The position numbers and the translations under genes are program-made. Source: a virus. From it: a stretch of DNA of 7,347 nucleotides. The notes beneath the pieces are model-generated. The model was not told where the DNA came from, made no database searches, and saw nothing but the letters and a program-made list of their open reading frames with translations. Shown one piece after another: positions 1 through 4,880 of this stretch (its first letter is position 1; each line of letters starts with the position of its first letter). Location: the IMG/VR virus record IMGVR_UViG_3300028584_000654, positions 1 through 7,347 of that record. One strand, written 5' to 3'.

Positions 1-255
1 ATCATCGCCTGTGCAATCGCCAAAACCGTCACCATCGCCGTCTGGATTGGTGTTCTTATCAGGGCATGAAGCGCCAGTACATGAACCTGTAGTACCAGTG
101 GTGGCACCGCTGGAGTTGGTGTTAGTGGTAGTTGTGGTGGTGGTTGACGTAGAACTGCATTGGCCAGCACCTGAGCAGGTGGTTTTAGTGGCAACATCAG
201 TCTTAGTAATAACTTTGCTGCCGTCTGGATTAGTTTCAGTCTTGACGGTTGTTTG
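1..255. repeat. Terminal redundancy copy 1, identical to 7093-7347
   Basis: A base-by-base comparison by eye of 1-255 with 7093-7347 found no mismatch. Both copies lie inside the gIII-like reading frame. Confidence 0.95.
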
Positions 256-1023
256 AATAGATATGCCGTCCTTTGTTGGCTTGCTATCGACACAGGTTTT
301 AACACCATTAACAGTACCGCAATACTGGCCCTCTTTTTCATTCGACTTTTCAGAGGTGCAAGTTTGAGTGTCACCAGAGGAGGAATAAACGCAAGGCTTG
401 TCTTCAAGAAGAATCTGCGGCTCAGGCTTAGGTTCATTGGCAGTATTATCCTGAATCTCAGAACCCGAGCCAGAAGTTGCACAGGCCTGACCAGAAAATG
501 AAGCATTGCCACGACAAGTATATTTGCCGGATGTTCGACCGGTGCACTTTTGATCAACAGTACTAACAGCACACCCTCCGAAACAGCCAGATTGAGGTGC
601 GACAACAAAACCACCAACTACAGAACCATAACCATCGCCAGAAGTTCCGGACTTAGTGAACTTTTGGGAGCCTCCAGTTTTGCCGGCGCAAGGATTATCA
701 GGAGGAGCAACACATTGACCATTGACCAAGGTGCTTGGGGCGTTACAGGATGAATTACAAGTAGTGCCGTTGTCACCAAATGGGCAGGTGGCAGTGAAAA
801 GACTGACGTTAAAAACATAACCACTAGGAGGCGTGTTGTTATAACAGCTGGCATAAGTTGGGTTTATATTGCCAACCTGCATATATGAGCCATATTGCTT
901 ACAAGCAAGCAAGGCCGTGGAATGATGGTCTGTAACGTAGCGCCCCCAGTAAGAGATAGTAGACGCGCTTGAAATGCTCGGAAAATAAGTAAGAAGAACA
1001 AAGAAAAATAGTGTCAATCGCAT
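1..1023 (-). CDS. gIII: Adsorption / minor coat protein (gIII-like), 5' portion: the first 341 codons. The ORF continues across the circle junction into 7092..6778, for 445 aa in total.
   Basis: This ORF is missing from the ORF track because it runs off the window edge. I checked every in-frame triplet from 1023 down to 1 and found no stop. ATG at 1023-1021 is preceded by a GGGGG Shine-Dalgarno-like run. The N-terminus MRLTLFFFVLLTYFPSISSAS looks like a signal peptide. It is followed by a Cys-rich region and then a poly-Thr stretch. The position directly after the major coat gene and its terminator matches Ff gIII. Confidence 0.8.
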   Translation of the reverse strand, partial: MRLTLFFFVLLTYFPSISSASTISYWGRYVTDHHSTALLACKQYGSYMQVGNINPTYASCYNNTPPSGYVFNVSLFTATCPFGDNGTTCNSSCNAPSTLVNGQCVAPPDNPCAGKTGGSQKFTKSGTSGDGYGSVVGGFVVAPQSGCFGGCAVSTVDQKCTGRTSGKYTCRGNASFSGQACATSGSGSEIQDNTANEPKPEPQILLEDKPCVYSSSGDTQTCTSEKSNEKEGQYCGTVNGVKTCVDSKPTKDGISIQTTVKTETNPDGSKVITKTDVATKTTCSGAGQCSSTSTTTTTTTNTNSSGATTGTTGSCTGASCPDKNTNPDGDGDGFGDCTGDD

Positions 1024-1111
1024 ATCAAAGCCCCCAAAACAGGCAAAGCGCAGACATTCCGCCAAAGAAAAAAAACGTGAAGTAATAGAGATCGGCCACG
1101 GTTAAACCCTC

Positions 1112-1137
1112 AAAAAAAAGAGCGGCCGAAGCCGCCC
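1112..1137 (-). terminator. Rho-independent terminator downstream of the major coat gene
   Basis: The minus-strand RNA reads GGGCGGC-UUCG-GCCGCUC followed by U8. That is a 7-bp GC-rich stem (one G.U pair) formed by 1131-1137 and 1120-1126, a UUCG tetraloop (1127-1130) and a T-run (1112-1119). Its placement between the gVIII-like and gIII-like genes matches the Ff layout. Confidence 0.85.
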
Positions 1138-1156
1138 CGTGTGGAACGGCTAGAAC

Positions 1157-1381
1157 TTACGACCCGCGAACCATGCCAATCAGGATGCGTGCACCCTTCA
1201 CAGCGCCGTAAAGACCAACCAGCAGGCCGGCAACAGCCAAAATGCCGGTGATGACAGAGGCCCAATCGATGCCAGAGGTGATAGTTGTGTAGTCGGGACC
1301 AGCAGCGAAAGCAGCCTGTGCAACCAGGGCGGAAGCAAGAGCAGCAGTTACAACACGACCAGCGAAACGAACTTTTTGCAT
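1157..1381 (-). CDS. gVIII: Major coat protein precursor (gVIII-like), 74 aa
   Basis: The sequence MQKVRFAGRVVTAALASALVAQAAFA | AGPDYTTITSGIDWASVITGILAVAGLLVGLYGAVKGARILIGMVRGS shows a signal peptide ending in AxA. The roughly 48-aa mature part has an acidic N-terminus, a hydrophobic core and a basic C-terminus, the classic inovirus coat design. ATG start at 1381. Confidence 0.9.
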   Translation of the reverse strand: MQKVRFAGRVVTAALASALVAQAAFAAGPDYTTITSGIDWASVITGILAVAGLLVGLYGAVKGARILIGMVRGS

Positions 1382-1386
1382 TTTGA

Positions 1387-1617
1387 TTACCCGTTTTTTA
1401 CGAGATGAATGATTGCTCTAGCTCCAGCGATCACCAGCAACACGCTGGCAATACTGATGAAGCCGACCCCGAACGCCTGCAAAATTACTGCAGGGTCGAG
1501 CGATGTGGGGTCGAAAGGGGTTGGCACCTGAACAAGCATCCAGGCGTCAGAACAAAACGGCGCACCGTCGGCGGACGTGGAAACGTCACCGGTACAAACC
1601 AGAGCGCCAGAAGCCAT
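1387..1617 (-). CDS. Small membrane protein, putative minor coat protein (gVII/gIX position), 76 aa
   Basis: ATG at 1617 directly abuts the upstream stop (TAAATG). There is a C-terminal hydrophobic segment AVILQAFGVGFISIASVLLVIAGARAII followed by a basic tail. It sits immediately upstream of the major coat gene. Confidence 0.65.
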   Translation of the reverse strand: MASGALVCTGDVSTSADGAPFCSDAWMLVQVPTPFDPTSLDPAVILQAFGVGFISIASVLLVIAGARAIIHLVKNG

Positions 1618-1842
1618 TTATGCCGCCTCAGAAGAAAGACGCTGGCAGGCGATCTGAACAACCTGGTCAGCCTCCTGGGCGTAGATATCGGAAGCGGATT
1701 CACTGATAGCACCGGACTTTTGGAGGCCACGAAGGTAGCCAGCATGTTCAGCACTAGAGAAAGCCAATTCGTAATGGTCAGGGGCGTCACGCATGGACAA
1801 AAGCAGGCGGTGGCGCTCTTGATGAATGTCAGGCGTAACCAT
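1618..1842 (-). CDS. Hypothetical protein, 74 aa, soluble and acidic
   Basis: ATG at 1842 follows GGGGAGGG with a spacing of about 7 nt. It is tightly packed between the gV-like gene and the next ORF. I see no TM segment and recognise no family. Confidence 0.6.
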   Translation of the reverse strand: MVTPDIHQERHRLLLSMRDAPDHYELAFSSAEHAGYLRGLQKSGAISESASDIYAQEADQVVQIACQRLSSEAA

Positions 1843-1857
1843 GGTGGCGCCCTCCCC

Positions 1858-2148
1858 TTAGCTGGCTTGACGGACAGCAACAGCGGGCGCGGGAATCAAG
1901 CGCGGACGCATCTGCAAGTCATCGAAGCGGCCAACGAAGAAGCTGGTGTCATCGAGCATGTACTTGCCAGGCGGGTACGGCTTCGCGTCGTCGTTCAGCG
2001 TCACCTTGATTGGCTGCGGGTACTTGTTCGGGGGAATGTGGACGTAGGCCGTTTGTTCGCGAATCTGATACGGCTTGCCGGTACGCGCAGAGGTGCCGCT
2101 TTTCATTTTTACTTCAGTGCTTTCAACGTCGATAACTAGCATTTTCAT
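1858..2148 (-). CDS. gV: ssDNA-binding protein (gene V protein family), 96 aa
   Basis: Three blocks align by eye to M13 gVp (recalled from memory). SGTSARTGKPYQIREQTAYV aligns with SGVSRQGKPYSLNEQLCYV. PIKVTLNDDAKPYPPGKY aligns with LVKITLDEGQPAYAPGLY. FFVGRFDDLQMRPRLIPA aligns with FKVGQFGSLMIDRLRLVPA. An AGGAG SD lies 4-5 nt upstream of ATG 2148. Confidence 0.92.
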   Translation of the reverse strand: MKMLVIDVESTEVKMKSGTSARTGKPYQIREQTAYVHIPPNKYPQPIKVTLNDDAKPYPPGKYMLDDTSFFVGRFDDLQMRPRLIPAPAVAVRQAS

Positions 2149-2163
2149 CGTGCTCCTATGGGG

Positions 2164-2439
2164 TTAGTAACCGAAGGAATCGCCAACAAATGGCGTGCCC
2201 TTTTCGGTGCTGTGAGGAAACCAAACACGCTCAGGCTTGATGCCCTGGGCTTTCCTTTGTTCGAGTTTGGCGAAGGTCTCGTCGACCATTGCCGTGAGGT
2301 GTTGATTCAAGAACGAGGCTTGAACCTGCTGACGCAAAGCGAGGTTGCGGCGCTGGGGATCGCTGAGCTGGGTGCCTTGAAAGCTGACCGTGCGGAAGGT
2401 CATGCCCTGCCCTGGCAGATCGCTAACGGCGGAAATCAT
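2164..2439 (-). CDS. Hypothetical protein, 91 aa, translationally coupled to rep
   Basis: ATG 2439-2437 overlaps the rep stop TGA 2438-2436 (ATGA overlap). It fills the gap between rep and the gV-like gene. I recognise no family. Confidence 0.6.
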   Translation of the reverse strand: MISAVSDLPGQGMTFRTVSFQGTQLSDPQRRNLALRQQVQASFLNQHLTAMVDETFAKLEQRKAQGIKPERVWFPHSTEKGTPFVGDSFGY

Positions 2440-3590
2440 GCAGCCACCAGACGCAGATGGCTGGGCGCAACTGGGCGCTGATACCAGCTAGGCGGAGCCA
2501 GATCGAAAGACTTAGTAACCTCGCGAGCCTCGCGCACGATCACAGTGGCCGAGCGTGTGCCGTCGAAGGGTTTGCCAATGTCGATGCCGATTTGGCGAAG
2601 ACGGGCGCGGTGATTTTTGACCTGAGATTTGGATAGATCGAAGGTCTGACCGTTAGCCCAGTTGATGGCGTACATGGCCGTTACGTTGGCGGCGTACGTC
2701 GAAGTAACCACTTTTTCAATAACAAGCTGTTCTGCAATCGTCACCAAATCCATCGCCGTCACCTTCAATCTCTGATCTATCGCCAAGAACTCATCGTGTA
2801 GGGGTTGAAGCTGTTTTTCGTCGAACAGGCCCCAGAAGCGGAGACCCTTGCGCTGCAAAAACTCGGACTTAAGTTCCTGCTCAAACCGCACTACACCGTT
2901 GGCTTCACAGAAATCACGGACGCGGTTCACATAGGCATACTCGGGTGATGTGTCACCGTAGAGCCGCTTGATTTTTCGGATAACGCCCTTGGGCGTGGAC
3001 ATCTCAAAAGCCTTGTCATAAGCCTTGCGGTACTGGAGCCGACCACCCTCCCCGTTGCCCTCTGGAGTCCAGGCAACAGTGCGACCGTTGGGGTACAGGA
3101 AGCCGACCGAGTGACCGATGCTCTGAGTAGAAACGCCGCGCAAAAAAGCAAGGACGTTGCCCTTGCCCAGAATGACGTTGGTGGTCAGGTCCATTCGTTC
3201 AATGCAAACGCCGTCGGAAACTAGACTTTCATCCCAAGTGCCGCGGGCGTCCTGCGACTGGCGCTGCTGGACCTGAGTGCAGCGGGTGAAAGCAGGCAGG
3301 CCGTAGGGAGCAAGCAGCGCGTTGTAAACGTCTATGCACTGCTGAATCGTTTCAAAGCCGAAAAGGTTGTCCAGGCGATCAATACGACTGGGGTTGCCGT
3401 CAACAGTCAGCTTGCGGCCCTGAATGCTGATGCTGATGGAAGAGCTATGACTTCCACGGTGCTGAAAACGAGGCTGTTTGGTGCTGAGGATTTCGTGAGT
3501 GTTGGCGTCGATGGTCAGGGAATAGACATCACAGACCGTAGGCAGGTCGTGAGGGAACGTCTGTGAAATCCTGAGCCAGTCGATGAACAT
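2436..3590 (-). CDS. gII: Rolling-circle replication initiator (gene II/X family-like), 384 aa
   Basis: The ORF-track start at 3617 is a TTG. The first ATG (3590-3588) has AAGGA 6 nt upstream and gives MFIDWLRISQ..., an N-terminus I recall as typical of inovirus gII-family Reps. It is the largest ORF upstream of gV. The motifs YRKAYDKAFE and VRFEQELKSEF resemble my recollection of conserved gII-family blocks. No search was run. Confidence 0.85.
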   Translation of the reverse strand: MFIDWLRISQTFPHDLPTVCDVYSLTIDANTHEILSTKQPRFQHRGSHSSSISISIQGRKLTVDGNPSRIDRLDNLFGFETIQQCIDVYNALLAPYGLPAFTRCTQVQQRQSQDARGTWDESLVSDGVCIERMDLTTNVILGKGNVLAFLRGVSTQSIGHSVGFLYPNGRTVAWTPEGNGEGGRLQYRKAYDKAFEMSTPKGVIRKIKRLYGDTSPEYAYVNRVRDFCEANGVVRFEQELKSEFLQRKGLRFWGLFDEKQLQPLHDEFLAIDQRLKVTAMDLVTIAEQLVIEKVVTSTYAANVTAMYAINWANGQTFDLSKSQVKNHRARLRQIGIDIGKPFDGTRSATVIVREAREVTKSFDLAPPSWYQRPVAPSHLRLVAA

Positions 3591-3605
3591 TGGCAGTCCT
3601 TGTTT

Positions 3606-3689
3606 GCATGTGTGCAAATAACATTGGTGGCAAATCTACACATGCACACATGCGAACGTCAATACAGATAACGTGCACACAAGTATTAT
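3606..3689. promoter_or_regulatory. Divergent control region between rep and the plus-strand regulator: three TGCACACA-type repeats and a candidate rep promoter
   Basis: An 11-bp perfect inverted repeat is formed by GCATGTGTGCA (3606-3616) and TGCACACATGC (3643-3653). A third copy of TGCACACA lies at 3674-3681, 31 bp from the second. The candidate minus-strand promoter has -35 TTGACG (plus coordinates 3657-3662), an 18-nt spacer and -10 TAGATT (3633-3638). The middle repeat sits in that spacer. A weaker plus-strand candidate has AATACA (3661-3666), a 17-nt spacer and TATTAT (3684-3689). Confidence 0.55.
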
Positions 3690-3706
3690 TTGGAGGATTT
3701 TTTAAA

Positions 3707-3916
3707 ATGAGCGCCACGGGAATGCCGACGAACATCCGCCTTACTCAGCAGGAGCAGGAGCAGTTGAGGCAAAAAGCCATAGAAATCAACAAGTTACTTG
3801 TTAAGCAGGGGCGGCAGCCGCTTAGGGACAGCGAGCTAGTGCACAAAATCCTCGAAAAATCAGTGAGTTATGCGCAGGTAAGCAACAGCGGAGAGATAGA
3901 GCTGGTGTTTGATTAG
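3707..3916 (+). CDS. Small DNA-binding regulator, RHH-like (putative phage repressor / switch protein), 69 aa
   Basis: ATG 3707 has a GGAGG SD (3692-3696) 10 nt upstream. The longer ORF-track N-terminus (from 3590) lacks any such signal and overlaps rep. MPTNIRLTQQEQEQLRQKAIE...LRDSELVHKILEKSV fits a beta-strand / helix / helix RHH pattern and resembles the Arc-like and RLTxxE mobilisation-type RHH proteins I recall. Its orientation opposite to rep matches the repressor position in temperate inoviruses. Confidence 0.65.
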   Translation: MSATGMPTNIRLTQQEQEQLRQKAIEINKLLVKQGRQPLRDSELVHKILEKSVSYAQVSNSGEIELVFD

Positions 3917-3935
3917 TATGGGAGTCCATACCGAA

Positions 3936-3959
3936 GTGGGGGTGTAACAGCACCCCCAC
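3936..3959. other. Perfect 9-bp GC-rich hairpin, GTGGGGGTG-TAACAG-CACCCCCAC
   Basis: The stem is 3936-3944 / 3951-3959 with a 6-nt loop. No T-run follows on either strand. A smaller hairpin precedes it (TATGG-GAGT-CCATA, 3917-3930). Confidence 0.7.
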
Positions 3960-4011
3960 CGCTCGGCGACCGAAAATCAGCAACAGCTGAAAAGCCAGAA
4001 AGGCAAAGAAG

Positions 4012-4194
4012 ATGACCGGATGGATGCTTGCGCTGTTCCTAGAAGGGAGCAAAGCGCCAGACATAACCGCAGGGCCGTACAAAACCGAACAGCAGTGCTT
4101 TATGGCTGGTGATCTCATGAAAGCAGCAGACAAGGCTGCTAGGCAGCTAGAGCAGCTGTACACAATCTCATGCACCGAGCAGCAGGAAGACTAG
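4012..4194 (+). CDS. Hypothetical small protein, 60 aa, co-oriented with the regulator
   Basis: ATG start with only a weak AGG/AAGAAG upstream. The composition looks protein-like to me and it contains two Cys. It is followed by the plus-strand terminator candidate. I recognise no family. Confidence 0.4.
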   Translation: MTGWMLALFLEGSKAPDITAGPYKTEQQCFMAGDLMKAADKAARQLEQLYTISCTEQQED

Positions 4195-4480
4195 AAGCAA
4201 GGCTTCGCCCTGGACAGCTGCGCAGTCCTTGCCTAGTCGGCGGCTGGAATGCACAACGGGACGGATCGCCAAGGAAGCAAAAGCGGTAATCAGCGCGAAG
4301 TGCCGTCGCTGTCGCCGGATCGAACGAAGCACGCGAAAGCCTCCTGAGGTGCCTATAGCATCGCTGGGGGCTTTTTTGTTGGCTTGAGAAAGGCCGCTGC
4401 GCGGGTGCCGTCGCGCATGTAGTGACGGCAGCAGGTCAGGACGTGCGGGCGACTAATGCCCTGCGGGCAGGTCGAGGAAA
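4195..4480. other. Large GC-rich noncoding region with multiple hairpins (candidate packaging signal and/or complementary-strand origin)
   Basis: No ORF of 60 aa or more lies wholly inside it on either strand. Four stems are visible. GCAAGG (4197-4202) pairs with CCTTGC (4227-4232). TGCCGTC (4406-4412) pairs with GACGGCA (4424-4430) and is extended by CTGC (4397-4400) with GCAG (4431-4434). TGCCC-TGC-GGGCA lies at 4457-4469. A 10-bp direct repeat GTGCCGTCGC occurs at 4300-4309 and 4405-4414. Confidence 0.5.
4336..4380 (+). terminator. Candidate intrinsic terminator of the plus-strand transcription unit
   Basis: AAAGCCTCC (4336-4344) pairs with GGGGGCTTT (4366-4374) with one T.G wobble. An inner stem is formed by GGTGC (4348-4352) and GCATC (4358-4362). 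The structure ends in TTTTTTGTT (4372-4380). Confidence 0.55.
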
Positions 4481-4738
4481 TCAACCGTTAAGCAAATCAC
4501 CCTGGGCAACGTGATCAAGAAGCGCTGAAGCCGAATCGCGAGCACGATCAATAACCTGCTGCTGAACGCGGCAGCGCTCCTTGATCTGGCCAATCTCACG
4601 CTCAAGACGAGCAATCATGTCCAGCTGATCGAGATAGGAAAGATAGGCGGCAGCAACAGCCTTGGCGCCAGTGCGCTGGCCGGTGACTTCCTTGAGGCGC
4701 TCAACGTAGTCATCGTCAGCTTGAAACTTGATAAGCAT
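4481..4738 (-). CDS. Small RHH-like protein with coiled-coil-like C-terminal half (ORF B), 85 aa
   Basis: I prefer ATG 4738 because the AAGGA SD lies 9 nt upstream. The ORF-track ATG at 4747 has zero spacing to that SD. MLIKFQADDDYVERLKEVTGQRTGAKAVAAAYLSYL fits a strand-helix-helix pattern. The C-terminal part LDQLDMIARLEREIGQIKERCRVQQQVIDRARD is heptad-like. Confidence 0.65.
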   Translation of the reverse strand: MLIKFQADDDYVERLKEVTGQRTGAKAVAAAYLSYLDQLDMIARLEREIGQIKERCRVQQQVIDRARDSASALLDHVAQGDLLNG

Positions 4739-4880
4739 AGGTACCATTCCTTTTCACCAGGTGAGATCGAGGGAGAGTGAAACGGTACCATTTATTAAAA
4801 ATAACGCAATGATTTTTGGTACCAAAAAAGAGCAAAAAATCTCCTGCAGGATCTGCTGCAGCAAAATTAATGGTACCTAT
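4737..4880. promoter_or_regulatory. AT-rich intergenic spacer with four GGTACC-core palindromes (operator-like array) and a tentative ORF B promoter
   Basis: GGTACC occurs at 4740-4745, 4784-4789, 4818-4823 and 4872-4877. The outer sites form a 12-bp inverted repeat: ATAGGTACCATT (4737-4748) and AATGGTACCTAT (4869-4880). Site 3 is a 16-bp perfect palindrome, TTTTTGGTACCAAAAA (4813-4828). The tentative minus-strand promoter has -35 TTGGTA (4820-4825), a 16-nt spacer and -10 TATTTT (4798-4803). Confidence 0.6.
4834..4861 (-). terminator. Candidate weak intrinsic terminator or attenuator after ORF A
   Basis: On the minus-strand RNA, CUGCAG (4856-4861) pairs with CUGCAG (4844-4849) across a 6-nt loop. 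GAGA and then U6 follow (4834-4839), with a second T6 at 4824-4829. A longer imperfect stem is also possible (4843-4867 with 4893-4916). Confidence 0.4.

Noticed and set aside
1-255. Reading the 255-bp end repeats as biological direct terminal repeats, LTRs or a tandem prophage junction
   Set aside because: The repeat lies in the middle of a coding sequence that only becomes complete when the ends are joined. Inoviruses are circular ssDNA phages. An assembly overlap is the simplest reading, though read-level data would be needed to exclude a tandem array.
11-256. Plus-strand 81-aa ORF, and the 7059-7289 minus 76-aa ORF in the repeat region
   Set aside because: These are alternate or antisense frames of the low-complexity Thr/Gly/Asp-coding part of gIII, giving Val- and Pro-rich translations. 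The gIII frame explains the region.
1024-1111. A gIII promoter between the coat terminator and the gIII start, and the second T8 run near 1066-1073
   Set aside because: I could not find a -35/-10 pair with acceptable spacing. The T-run is not preceded by a stem. I left the region unannotated.
1405-2139. 244-aa plus-strand ORF, one of the longest in the track
   Set aside because: It lies entirely antisense to four tightly packed minus-strand genes that have good starts and recognisable products (gV-like, coat region). Its translation is Arg/Gly-rich and low in complexity, with no start signal. I read it as a shadow ORF.
3591-3617. Upstream extensions offered by the ORF track: TTG at 3617 for rep, TTG at 5149 for ORF A, and 3590 for the regulator
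   Set aside because: These are non-ATG or unsupported starts without SD sequences. In each case a downstream ATG with an SD gives a sensible N-terminus (MFIDWL..., MRTPIDL..., MSATGMP...). The exact starts remain predictions.
3822-4175. 117-aa minus-strand ORF spanning the regulator 3' end, the hairpins and the 60-aa ORF
   Set aside because: Its translation is Cys/Ser/Leu-rich and junk-like. It overlaps the better-supported regulator CDS and runs through the perfect hairpin. No start signal is visible.
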